From assembly GCA_039799225.1 (NCBI GenBank), contig JBDLTF010000002.1:36552-100551 (forward strand): a stretch of DNA of 64,000 bases, written 5' to 3'. The position numbers were made by a program, and so were the translations under genes. Source of the DNA: Candidatus Parcubacteria bacterium (GTDB lineage: Bacteria > Patescibacteriota > Minisyncoccia > Phycocordibacterales > PALSA-1337). Shown here piece after piece: positions 9,316-18,332 of the stretch (position 1 is the first letter of the stretch; each line of letters starts with the position of its first letter). Below the pieces are notes generated by a model, which was not told the origin of the DNA, did not search any database, and was given only the letters and a program-made list of their open reading frames with translations.

Positions 9316-10545
9316 ATGAATACAAAATCAAAGAAGCCTGTCGAATCAAAGCATATCTCGTATGAACACCTCGACAAGATCGGAGAGATCGCCGTGTATT
9401 ATGGCTTCTCCCCGATGAAGAGCCCTGCCATCACCAAGGCAGACCTCGACGCCGCAAAAGGAATCTTGGATGGAGACTCTATAGATGATGAGACTGAGAA
9501 GCACGGCAAGCTCCCTCTCCACGTCGAAGAGAAGATTGCCGCTATCCGCATGTATCAAGAGGACGATCTCCAGTCACTCCAACAGCCAGTCATGGTCTAT
9601 TTCAAGGACCCCTGCCGTGGAGCCATCAAGAAAGGTGGATATCATCGCTATGCTGACCTCGAAATCATGGGAACCTCAGGCGCCATCGCTGAAGCAACGC
9701 TCATCCAGACGGGACGCATCATGCTCCTCGAAGAAGGTCACGAGAATACCTCAGTCGAAATCAATTCGCTCGGCGACAAAGACTCCATCGCACGCTTCAC
9801 TCGCGAACTCACTTCGTACTACCGCAAACATATCAATGAGATGACTCCTGAGTGCCGCCAAATCATGAAGCGTGATGTCTTTGAATTGCTCGCCTCACAC
9901 GCTCCAGGTGCAGATGAGATCAACGAGAAGGCTCCACGCTCTATGGACTTCCTCTCGGAAATTAGTCGCCGCCATCTTGAAGAGGTTCTCGAATATCTCG
10001 AGACACTCGGCATCCCATACACCATCAATCCACGCCTCATTGGCAATCGCTCATACTGTACCGAGACCACCTTCATTATTGTCGATGCCGCCATCCCTGA
10101 TAAGAAGTCGAAGCAACAGCGCATCCTCGCTATCGGTGTTCGCTACAATGGTCTCGCCAAGCGTTGCGGCATGAAGCGCGACATCCAAGGTGTCGGTATG
10201 TCACTCCTCGTTGAGAGCACCAACCCTTCGCTCCGCAAGCCAGTCAAGAAAATGAAGAAGCCAGTCGCTTCATTCGTCCAGCTCGGTATCGAGTCCAAGC
10301 TCATGTCTCTCGATATCATCGAGCGTCTCCGCCAGGTCAAGATTCCTCTCTATCTTTCACTCGCCAAGGATCGTCTTGGTGCACAGGTCTCATCTATCGA
10401 GCGCTATCACACTCCATACACCATCGTCATCGGCAAGAAAGAAGCTGTCGAACGCACTGCCATCGTGAGGAAGACGGATACACATGCGCAGGAAATCGTA
10501 GCTCTCGCAGACCTACCAAAGCACATGAAGAAACTCGATAAATAA
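9316..10545 (+). CDS. hisS: histidine--tRNA ligase (divergent class II motifs)
   Basis: ORF track; FKDPCRGAIKKGGYHRYADLEIMG ~ HisRS motif 2, GVRYNGL ~ motif 3 (GGRYDGL), C-terminal anticodon-binding domain. Confidence 0.65.
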   Translation: MNTKSKKPVESKHISYEHLDKIGEIAVYYGFSPMKSPAITKADLDAAKGILDGDSIDDETEKHGKLPLHVEEKIAAIRMYQEDDLQSLQQPVMVYFKDPCRGAIKKGGYHRYADLEIMGTSGAIAEATLIQTGRIMLLEEGHENTSVEINSLGDKDSIARFTRELTSYYRKHINEMTPECRQIMKRDVFELLASHAPGADEINEKAPRSMDFLSEISRRHLEEVLEYLETLGIPYTINPRLIGNRSYCTETTFIIVDAAIPDKKSKQQRILAIGVRYNGLAKRCGMKRDIQGVGMSLLVESTNPSLRKPVKKMKKPVASFVQLGIESKLMSLDIIERLRQVKIPLYLSLAKDRLGAQVSSIERYHTPYTIVIGKKEAVERTAIVRKTDTHAQEIVALADLPKHMKKLDK

Positions 10546-10557
10546 TTCCCTATCATC

Positions 10558-11019
10558 ATGCTTCATCAAACTATTAAGAACGACATAACGATTGCTCTCC
10601 GCGCCAAGGACACTATTCGTCTCGAAGTGCTTCGCGGATTGAGCGCACTCATCACCAATGAGATGCTCGCTTCGAAAGGAGGAGAAGAATTTTTGTCTGA
10701 CGAGAAAGTTCTCGCACTTGTGAAGAGGAGTGCAAAACAGCGCAAAGATTCTATCGAGCAGTTCGAGAAAGGTGGTCGCGTCGATCTCGCTGACAAAGAG
10801 AAAGCTGAGCTCGTCATCTTGAATTCATTCCTCCCAACTCTCATGGCACGCGAGGAGGTTAAGATTATCGCGTCACAGAGAATTGAAGCTCTCAAGTCTG
10901 CTGGTACATTTGACCCCAAGGCGGGCGGAAAGATCATGGGTATGCTCATAAAAGAGCTTGCTGGTAAGGCTGACGGTGCTGATGTGAAGGCGGTAGTCGA
11001 TGAGTTGCTCAAAGCATAG
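10558..11019 (+). CDS. yqeY: GatB/YqeY domain protein
   Basis: ORF track; typical YqeY helical pattern. Confidence 0.7.
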   Translation: MLHQTIKNDITIALRAKDTIRLEVLRGLSALITNEMLASKGGEEFLSDEKVLALVKRSAKQRKDSIEQFEKGGRVDLADKEKAELVILNSFLPTLMAREEVKIIASQRIEALKSAGTFDPKAGGKIMGMLIKELAGKADGADVKAVVDELLKA

Positions 11020-11053
11020 GTCCTCAAAAACTGATTCAAATAATCCCTAAAAT

Positions 11054-11076
11054 GGCCCCGTTGAGGGGCTATTTTG
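11054..11076 (+). terminator. rho-independent terminator (GGCCCC-gttga-GGGGC + T-run)
   Basis: hairpin + attttgt. Confidence 0.55.
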
Positions 11077-11089
11077 TACTATGGATAAC

Positions 11090-11118
11090 TTGACTTTTAT
11101 ATTGAGAAGTGCTATAAT
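11090..11118 (+). promoter_or_regulatory. consensus sigma70 promoter TTGACT-17-TATAAT
   Basis: TTGACT 11090-11095, TATAAT 11113-11118. Confidence 0.55.
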
Positions 11119-11169
11119 TGTTACAGATAAATAAGTACAACCACAACCAAGCAACCGAGAAAGGTTTCT

Positions 11170-11466
11170 ATGCAACCGAAAACAAAGTTGGTTCCTCTCA
11201 TTGGTTTCACACTTCCGCCACCAGGTCCTGCACTTAACCGCGTAAATCTGATGGTATTCGAAGGTGAACTCGTCCGGCACCCTGGCGGGACATTCAGCTG
11301 TCGCATTCCGGTCGACTCACCCGAAGAAGAAATCGTTGCGACTACTGTTCTCATCGGCCCGAAGGTGATGAATCCCGGTCCGGCTCGGAGCTTGCCGCTT
11401 CGTCTTGCGCTTCATAAGCGTCATGATGGCAGCGACACTGATCTGCGGCGCTACATCCGCCGCTAA
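11170..11466 (+). CDS. hypothetical protein (98 aa), GC-richer than surroundings
   Basis: ORF track; strong promoter upstream, GAAAGG RBS. Confidence 0.5.
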   Translation: MQPKTKLVPLIGFTLPPPGPALNRVNLMVFEGELVRHPGGTFSCRIPVDSPEEEIVATTVLIGPKVMNPGPARSLPLRLALHKRHDGSDTDLRRYIRR

Positions 11467-11507
11467 CCCACAGCGCCCGCCGGAATTCATTCCAGCGGGC
11501 GCTCATT

Positions 11508-12041
11508 TTGTACGAGAAAGGAATAATAATGAGCATATTACTCAGAGACGATACCGGATACCGGAAGGTCGTCGGTTCGCCGAATGAGACTACTGATGGT
11601 AAGCCTGGGTCGTATCATGAAACCGAGTGTTTCAAGTTCATCTACGATCCGAGCTGTCAGGGTTTGTATTGTCAGTCATATCCATTGGACTGGCGTGTGC
11701 AGATCATGATCGCTGAAGACAGTGCATTGTTCCGTCAGATGAACGAACATTCCCAGAAGAAGCTTCTGACCAAAAAAGCGATGCGGCCGAGTGGGCAAAG
11801 TCAGCTCCAGATCGAGATGACTCTCCGTCGCAAAAAACGGCGACAGGGAAATAACTTCAAACACTGGGGTGGGGACGAACCTGATTGGGATACTATCCGC
11901 ATCAACAGAATACTCGAATGGAGAACTCTAAATCCTTCGAGCAAAGTCCTTACTGATCGCAAGATCAATCAAACCATGCGCTACCGGATCGATGAAGATC
12001 CTGACTTCTACGCAGAGGTCGCTCGGGGTGAATGGGACTAA
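11508..12041 (+). CDS. hypothetical protein (177 aa), Cys-rich N-terminal half
   Basis: ORF track; AAAGGA RBS 7 nt upstream; preceded by hairpin AGCGCCCG...CGGGCGCT. Confidence 0.55.
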   Translation: MYEKGIIMSILLRDDTGYRKVVGSPNETTDGKPGSYHETECFKFIYDPSCQGLYCQSYPLDWRVQIMIAEDSALFRQMNEHSQKKLLTKKAMRPSGQSQLQIEMTLRRKKRRQGNNFKHWGGDEPDWDTIRINRILEWRTLNPSSKVLTDRKINQTMRYRIDEDPDFYAEVARGEWD

Positions 12042-12042
12042 C

Positions 12043-12074
12043 AAAGCCGAAACTTTTCGTTTCGGCTTTTTTTA
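12043..12074. terminator. bidirectional rho-independent terminator (AAAGCCGAAAC-ttttc-GTTTCGGCTTT)
   Basis: perfect 11-bp stem flanked by A-run/T-run between convergent genes. Confidence 0.7.
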
Positions 12075-12100
12075 TACACGAATCAATTTGTTGATGACAC

Positions 12101-13792
12101 CTACGCCTTCGCAAACGGTTCCAATTCAACAACAAATGTTGATCCCTTCCCTTCTCCTGCAGATTCCGCATGAATAGTTCCGTGATGAGCAACGACAATC
12201 TCCTTAGCCACGAAGAGGCCGAGACCTGTCCCTCTGATGTTAGTCTTGTTGGCATTGCCAGCGCGACTCCACTTGGCGAAGAGGTGTGGAAGTGTCTCTG
12301 CTGCGACACCGATACCTGTATCCTGGATCTTGAAGACGAACTTGTGCTTGAGGCGATCAAGGCCGAGTGTGACCGATACTGAACCCTTAGGAGTGTACTT
12401 AAGCGAGTTATCTATGAGGTTGGCGATGACCTGCTTGAGCTTGTCGCGATCAGCTGTTGTGCGGTAGTCAGTGCCCGAATTTTCGGCCTCGAATGTGAAT
12501 TTTACGTTCACAGATTTGTCGATGTTTGGCTTGAGTTCTCCGATGACATCTTCGACGAGCGTCTTCAAGTCGATGGTCTCGAAAGCATACTTCATACTAC
12601 CGAGCTCGATGCGTGTGACATTCAAGTAGTCGTCGACGATGGCCGCGAGCGTATTGGTCGATTCGAAGATACGGCTAACTGCATCCTTGGCCTGTGGAGC
12701 GATTGCCCCCATGTCACCTTCGAGGATGAGCGATGCATATCCCTTCATAGCGGTGAGTGGTGAGCGAAGTTGGTGAGTAGCGAATGAGACGAATTCTGAC
12801 TTCTGACGATCAAGCTCGGTGAGGCGGATGTTGGCTTTTTTGAGGTCATCAGCAAGTTTCTGAATCTTCTCGCGCTGATACACTTCACGCTTCACACCAC
12901 GCACCAACGACCAACCTATAATGATGAAGGTGATGACGGTGAGGATAACCACGACACGAACATTCTCGATTTGTCTCAAGAAAAGAAGAGACAATAGGAG
13001 CACAATCTGTGCGGAGACAATCGCCTGCGTACCGATGATCTTTATATTGAATGTCCTGAATTTCACGATTGCATACGTCATGAACCCAAGAAGGATAGGC
13101 ATACCGAAGAGACCATACTGACCTATTGTCCAATCTTCAGATATCGTACCGACGATATTGCCCCATGAGAACATGAACAAGAAGAGCAGCATGCCGAGAG
13201 ATATGAGCACGAGTGGCCTCTTCCTGCCCTTTCCAACATTCTTGTACTGTCTTATGGCGAAAATGGTCGTCCAAATAGCAACGATTATTTCCACGAAATA
13301 TCCATAATACACAAGTAATCCTTCAACGACTTCACGGTCGCAATTTGTATAATTGAAACCAAGAATACCGAATTTTGTCGCAGAAAGAGCAATCGTAGGA
13401 ACGAGTATTCCCAACATGACATGCTTCGTTTTGACAGACACATCCATGCCCGTGACATATACCATCAAGAAATACAGTCCAAGAATATACAATACTGGTT
13501 CGAGCAGGATAGTAATCGTCCAGAAGAACATGATATGCGACGGATTTGGATCAGCCCACAACACCACATCAGAGAACACCCATAGACTAAAGGTAGTTGT
13601 AATAGCGAAGAACAAGCGAGCCATGAATGAGCTGCGGTTACTCAGATATACGAACAACCCGAGACCGAATGCGGCCAACAGCGAAAAGAAATGTGAATAG
13701 TACACAAGCGACGCAAACACATTCTCAGAAAAAACCAAAAAATATGATGGCTCCCAGGCGCAACCCAAAACATCTTGTGCTATTTGCATCAT
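12101..13792 (-). CDS. sensor histidine kinase with multi-TM N-terminal sensor domain (HisKA + HATPase_c)
   Basis: ORF track; 7-8 hydrophobic helices then H-box (SFATHQLRSPL) and G-boxes (DTGIGV, GTGLGL). Confidence 0.8.
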   Translation of the reverse strand: MMQIAQDVLGCAWEPSYFLVFSENVFASLVYYSHFFSLLAAFGLGLFVYLSNRSSFMARLFFAITTTFSLWVFSDVVLWADPNPSHIMFFWTITILLEPVLYILGLYFLMVYVTGMDVSVKTKHVMLGILVPTIALSATKFGILGFNYTNCDREVVEGLLVYYGYFVEIIVAIWTTIFAIRQYKNVGKGRKRPLVLISLGMLLFLFMFSWGNIVGTISEDWTIGQYGLFGMPILLGFMTYAIVKFRTFNIKIIGTQAIVSAQIVLLLSLLFLRQIENVRVVVILTVITFIIIGWSLVRGVKREVYQREKIQKLADDLKKANIRLTELDRQKSEFVSFATHQLRSPLTAMKGYASLILEGDMGAIAPQAKDAVSRIFESTNTLAAIVDDYLNVTRIELGSMKYAFETIDLKTLVEDVIGELKPNIDKSVNVKFTFEAENSGTDYRTTADRDKLKQVIANLIDNSLKYTPKGSVSVTLGLDRLKHKFVFKIQDTGIGVAAETLPHLFAKWSRAGNANKTNIRGTGLGLFVAKEIVVAHHGTIHAESAGEGKGSTFVVELEPFAKA

Positions 13793-13968
13793 ATGCCTTT
13801 TTCGATTACCTCATGAAACTGATCTGATACAGATTCGGATATACTCTCCTCAGAATCATATACTTCAAAATCTGAGAACACGATATATCGGATGAAAGCG
13901 GCGAGCACTGACAAGACAAGCAGTATCACTAGCGTAGAGAAAAAACCAAGTCTTGTCTTTATTTCCAT
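13789..13968 (-). CDS. small membrane protein (59 aa, MEIKTRLGFFSTLVILLVLSVLAAFIRYIVF..acidic tail), stop overlaps kinase start (ATGA)
   Basis: Manual translation; below the 60-aa ORF-track cutoff; translational coupling to the downstream kinase. Confidence 0.4.
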   Translation of the reverse strand: MEIKTRLGFFSTLVILLVLSVLAAFIRYIVFSDFEVYDSEESISESVSDQFHEVIEKGI

Positions 13969-13976
13969 ATGTTCAA

Positions 13977-14480
13977 TTATACAATACTATGGTGTTGTCG
14001 ATAAACCTTCTGGAAGTAGCGTGGTACAAAAGGTAAGTATTTCTCGAATTTCTCTTTCGTGAGAAATTGTACAGATCTCACGATTCCTTTCTTACCCTTT
14101 TGCGAGAAGTCGTGCATCCACCACAAAGGCTGATCTTCCGTAATGGCGTAGTCAATACACACCTCATCTCCCTCCTTAATATCTCGAAGTGCGCACACGG
14201 TAACCTCACCTCGGATGCCGCATGTTGGTTTCGAAGAATGGTTCAAATACCTGCCATACCCCCTCGGATCAATCCATGTATTCTTGGCGATTCCGATCCA
14301 ATGCTCTCCATAGAGCGCACCTTTCTCATCTTTGACTTCCCAAGTTATTCGCTTACCTTTTATGATGAAGGCTGTCTCTCCTTTTTTCAGATCCTTCTTA
14401 GCAAGAATACCCAGACCATGAATCTTGCTCTTTCCCACATGCACTTTTTTGCTATATGGTATCTTTGTTTCCAATTCCAT
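13977..14480 (-). CDS. SET-domain protein (putative protein-lysine methyltransferase)
   Basis: ORF track; GLGILAKKDLKKGE, NHSSKPTC, EGDEVCIDY SET motifs. Confidence 0.7.
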   Translation of the reverse strand: MELETKIPYSKKVHVGKSKIHGLGILAKKDLKKGETAFIIKGKRITWEVKDEKGALYGEHWIGIAKNTWIDPRGYGRYLNHSSKPTCGIRGEVTVCALRDIKEGDEVCIDYAITEDQPLWWMHDFSQKGKKGIVRSVQFLTKEKFEKYLPFVPRYFQKVYRQHHSIV

Positions 14481-14489
14481 AAATGTAAC

Positions 14490-14813
14490 TTATGAAAAAC
14501 GTGCCAAAAGCAGTATAGAAGCGACGCCTGCTACAATGCCGATAATTTCGTAGATGCTCAAAGTCTCCTTGAAGAAGAAAACTCCTACGATAGTGAGGGC
14601 AATAACCGTGGTTGTGGCATAGATAATACCCAACGACCCAAGCTTTATGTATTTCATGACAAAAAACCACCCAATCGCTGTCGATGAATAGATGAGTGCA
14701 CCAAGAACGAACCATTTCCAATCGATATACTTATCACCGCTTCCTCCAAGCTTCAAAAAGTAATCTCCAAGAACGCCGATGAGGCTCAATATGACGATCA
14801 TTAAAACTGGCAT
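14490..14813 (-). CDS. SMR/DMT-superfamily 4-TM transporter-like protein
   Basis: ORF track; four TM helices with EmrE-like Y..W.G.G...F.E.L pattern. Confidence 0.5.
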   Translation of the reverse strand: MPVLMIVILSLIGVLGDYFLKLGGSGDKYIDWKWFVLGALIYSSTAIGWFFVMKYIKLGSLGIIYATTTVIALTIVGVFFFKETLSIYEIIGIVAGVASILLLARFS

Positions 14814-14957
14814 CTATTCATTATAGCATCTTATTTTCGTGGGTAGGATTTGGGGATATCCACTAAATCAGTTCGTGTACCCCAAACCTCAAACCACCAC
14901 TCCCGTAAATCATTGTCAAATAAGGCTTTTTCTGATAGAGTGGCTTTCTTAACGCCT

Positions 14958-16490
14958 ATGTCTACAAAAGATCAGAACAACCTGATTGTCCGCCCTCCTG
15001 TGGTCGTTGTCATGGGTCACATTGACCATGGCAAATCAACCCTTCTCGACTACGTCAGGAAGAGCAACATTGTCGCAGGCGAGGCTGGAGGCATCACTCA
15101 GCACATGGGTTCATACCAGGTCGACCATACCACCGCAGATGGTAAGAAAGTCTCTATGACCTTCCTCGATACTCCTGGTCACGAAGCTTTCTCTGGTATC
15201 CGCGAGCGCGGTGCACAGGTCGCTGATATCGCCATCCTCGCAGTCTCTGCAGAAGACGGCGTCAAACCTCAGACCATCGAAGCATACAAAGTCATCCAGG
15301 CTTCCAAGCTTCCCTACGTCGTCGCTATCACCAAGACCGACAAGCCCAATGCAAACATCGAGCGCACCAAGCAGAGCCTTGGCGAGAATGAGATTTACGT
15401 CGAAGGTTGGGGTGGTGTCATCCCATGCGTCGAGATTTCCGCACTGACCGGCAAAGGTGTGCCTGAGCTCCTCGATATGGTCATGCTCATGGCTGATCTT
15501 GCCGAGCTCAAAGCTGATCTCTCACTTCCTGCTACCGGAGGTGTCATCGAATCCACACTCGATACCAGGAAAGGTATCTCCGCTACCCTCCTCCTCAAGA
15601 ATGGTTCACTCTCCATCGGTTCATTCGTGGTCGCTGGAAATGCATATACCCCTGTGCGCTTCATCGAGAACTTCAAGGGTGAGAAGATAGAGATTGCTAC
15701 AGCATCTATGCCGATACGCATTCTCGGATGGAGCACTATGCCAGCCTGTGGAAATGATTTCGTAACAGTCACAACCAAGAAAGAGGCTGAGAAGATGGCC
15801 GATGCATATCATCTCGCTACCAAGAAAGCTCCTGTACGCACCGTCGCCGCACCAGTCGTCGAAGGAGAAGTTGCGGCCGTCATCATTCCTGTCATCATCA
15901 AGGCCGACGTCATCGGCAGTCTCGACGGTGTGAAGCACGAGCTCGCGAAGGTAGATCATGACAAGGTTCATCTCAAAATTGTTTCAGAGGGTATTGGAGA
16001 CATCAACGAAAACGATGTGAAAGTCGCTATCGGAGATCCAAGCATCTTCCTCCTCGGATTCAACGCCGCTCCAGAGAAGAAGGCTGAGGCTATGATTGAA
16101 CGCTCTGCAGTACCTCTCCAGGTCAAAAATTTCAACATCATCTATGAGCTCACTCAGTATGTGAAGGAACAGCTCGCGTTGAAGATTCCCAAGGAATATA
16201 TCGAGGAGATGACTGGTCGTGCAAAGTTGCTCGCTGTTTTCTCCAAAGAGAAGGATAAGCAGGTTGTCGGTGGAAAAGTTGAAACCGGCTCTATCGAGAG
16301 TGGTAACGACGTACGCATCATGCGCCGCGAGACTGAGATTGGTCGTGGTAAGATCCGCGAGCTCCAGCAGCAGAAGAAGCGTGTCGATGAGGTCGCATCT
16401 GGATATGAGTTCGGTATGATGCTCGATGCCAAGATTGAGGTCGCCCCAGGAGACCGTATCGAGTCTGTCAGGACTGTCGAGAAGAAATAA
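14958..16490 (+). CDS. infB: translation initiation factor IF-2 (short form)
   Basis: ORF track; G-domain VVVVMGHIDHGKSTLLD, DTPGHEAF, TKTD; start uncertain (track start is TTG at 14850, ATG at 14958). Confidence 0.85.
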   Translation: MSTKDQNNLIVRPPVVVVMGHIDHGKSTLLDYVRKSNIVAGEAGGITQHMGSYQVDHTTADGKKVSMTFLDTPGHEAFSGIRERGAQVADIAILAVSAEDGVKPQTIEAYKVIQASKLPYVVAITKTDKPNANIERTKQSLGENEIYVEGWGGVIPCVEISALTGKGVPELLDMVMLMADLAELKADLSLPATGGVIESTLDTRKGISATLLLKNGSLSIGSFVVAGNAYTPVRFIENFKGEKIEIATASMPIRILGWSTMPACGNDFVTVTTKKEAEKMADAYHLATKKAPVRTVAAPVVEGEVAAVIIPVIIKADVIGSLDGVKHELAKVDHDKVHLKIVSEGIGDINENDVKVAIGDPSIFLLGFNAAPEKKAEAMIERSAVPLQVKNFNIIYELTQYVKEQLALKIPKEYIEEMTGRAKLLAVFSKEKDKQVVGGKVETGSIESGNDVRIMRRETEIGRGKIRELQQQKKRVDEVASGYEFGMMLDAKIEVAPGDRIESVRTVEKK

Positions 16491-16491
16491 T

Positions 16492-16815
16492 ATGGATAAC
16501 AAAGACAACAAACTCAAAGAGATATTGCGCGAGCTCGCCGCCGAGTTTTTCTCACGTGAATCAAATCGCCAGTCACTCATCACCATCACTGATGTCGACG
16601 TATTCGCTCGTGGATCACGCGCACGCATCCTTATGACCGTGTTACCAGTGCACAAAGAGGAGGCTGCTCTCGAATTTGCTCACCGCCAGCTCACTGACTT
16701 CAAACACTATGTTATGGAGAAGTCTCGCATCGGTCATGTACCCTTCTTCGAGATCGCTCTCGATGTTGGCGAGAAGAATCGCCAGAAAATGGACGAAATC
16801 TCCAAAACGCTATAG
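16492..16815 (+). CDS. rbfA: ribosome-binding factor A
   Basis: ORF track frame; MDNKDNKLKEILRELAAEFF...ITITDVDV RbfA KH-like fold; ATG 2 nt after infB stop; conserved infB-rbfA order. Confidence 0.7.
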   Translation: MDNKDNKLKEILRELAAEFFSRESNRQSLITITDVDVFARGSRARILMTVLPVHKEEAALEFAHRQLTDFKHYVMEKSRIGHVPFFEIALDVGEKNRQKMDEISKTL

Positions 16816-16828
16816 AATGGCGAAACAG

Positions 16829-16903
16829 GGCCACGTAGAAAAGTGGTAATTCGGCTCTCTGCAAAAGAGCTATACGCGAGTTCGATTCTCGCCGTGGCCT
16901 CCA
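16829..16903 (+). tRNA. tRNA-Cys (GCA)
   Basis: Cloverleaf folded by hand: acceptor GGCCACG/CGTGGCC, anticodon stem GCTCT/AGAGC, loop CTGCAAA, T-loop TTCGATT, CCA encoded. Confidence 0.85.
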
Positions 16904-16942
16904 ACTTTTCATTTTGCTCGCTAGATTGTACACTTGAAACAC

Positions 16943-17032
16943 CGCCGGGGTGGCGAAATTGGTTATACGCGCAAGACTTAAAATCTTGTTTTCGTTTATT
17001 CGAAAGTGTGAGTTCGAGTCTCACCCCCGGCA
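16943..17032 (+). tRNA. tRNA-Leu (UAA), long variable arm
   Basis: Acceptor GCCGGGG/CCCCGGC, anticodon loop CTTAAAA, T-arm GTGAG-TTCGAGT-CTCAC. Confidence 0.85.
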
Positions 17033-17073
17033 CAATTGACCCTATAGATCTGTGGTAAAATAGAGCCTCTACC

Positions 17074-17652
17074 ATGGAGTCCTTCATAACCCACGTCGCC
17101 ACGCTTTCTCCCCTCCTTATGTATGGCGGCATATTCATCGGCTTCATGCTCGAGGCCAACACGGTGCTCTTCAGCACTATGTTCCTCGCCGAACAGCATG
17201 CGCTCAACCTCTGGATTCTTCTACCTGTGGCACTTATCGGTTCTATGGCCGGTAACATCCTCTTCTACGGCATCGGCTATGCTGCGGCGTACAAATCAAA
17301 TCGTTATACCCGCATCACCGATATTATTTCCAAACCATTCGACCACCACCTCCATGAGCGTCCGTGGCGCACTATCTTCCTGACCAAGTTTGTCTATGGA
17401 CTCAACTGCGCCATTATCGTACGTGCCGGACAGATTCGCATGACCTTCGGAAAGTTCCTATTCATAGACAGCGTTTGCACACTCATCTGGCTCGTCATCG
17501 TTGGTTCTCTTGGATATGGATCCGGTTCGTTCGTCAGCATCACCGCGCAGGAATTGAAACATGCAGAGATTGGGCTCCTTGTAGCACTCATTATCTTCTT
17601 TGGTATCAAACACTTCATCTCAACCTACATCAAGAAGGAGCTCAAAGACTAA
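17074..17652 (+). CDS. DedA/SNARE-associated family membrane protein
   Basis: ORF track; DedA-type TM pattern. Confidence 0.7.
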   Translation: MESFITHVATLSPLLMYGGIFIGFMLEANTVLFSTMFLAEQHALNLWILLPVALIGSMAGNILFYGIGYAAAYKSNRYTRITDIISKPFDHHLHERPWRTIFLTKFVYGLNCAIIVRAGQIRMTFGKFLFIDSVCTLIWLVIVGSLGYGSGSFVSITAQELKHAEIGLLVALIIFFGIKHFISTYIKKELKD

Positions 17653-18264
17653 TTATTTTATCCTTTTCAAAAAGCTTCTTCGATGCGTGGCTAATAGGCC
17701 ATTTTTTCGTATCGCCAGATAGTGACTCTTCGTCCCATATCCTTTGTGTCGTTCAAATCCATATTCTGAATACTTTTTTGCAAGTGTATTCATTTTCCTA
17801 TCTCGCAACACCTTCGCACAGATAGAAGCTAGCGCAATCGTCATCTCTTTCTCATCGCCCTTTATAATCGTTTTCTGATTCTCATATGTAAGAGGTGCTT
17901 TCAAACCACCATCAAGAAGCACTTTTATCCGTTCAGGCTTGATCTTATTTCGTCCAACTACAGTGCCCAAAGAAATGAAGAGTGCTGTTCGTATGGCATA
18001 TGACAATCCTTTTCCGTCAATTATTTTCTCGCTCTGGAATGTCACTTGAAAATCAATTAGACCCTTCTTTTTTGATTCTTGAATATGTGCAAACCATTCT
18101 TCCCTCTTTGATTCGCTTAATTGTTTGGATTCTTTGACTCCTTTGAACAGTTTCTTCGCCTTCTCATCAAGAAATACAAAAGCTCCCACGGCGACTGGCC
18201 CTGCAATGGGTCCGCGACCAACTTCGTCGATGCCGATGGTGAATTGTGCGGCTTTTTTTGCCAT
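17653..18264 (-). CDS. rnhB: ribonuclease HII
   Basis: ORF track; IGIDEVGRGPIAGPVAVGAF RNase HII N-terminal motif; start at ATG 18262-18264. Confidence 0.85.
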   Translation of the reverse strand: MAKKAAQFTIGIDEVGRGPIAGPVAVGAFVFLDEKAKKLFKGVKESKQLSESKREEWFAHIQESKKKGLIDFQVTFQSEKIIDGKGLSYAIRTALFISLGTVVGRNKIKPERIKVLLDGGLKAPLTYENQKTIIKGDEKEMTIALASICAKVLRDRKMNTLAKKYSEYGFERHKGYGTKSHYLAIRKNGLLATHRRSFLKRIK

Positions 18265-18332
18265 AGATAGCATAAGCATACTACAGATGCGTCAAACTTC
18301 TCATTCATGATATTTCCCTGTAAACTAACCCC

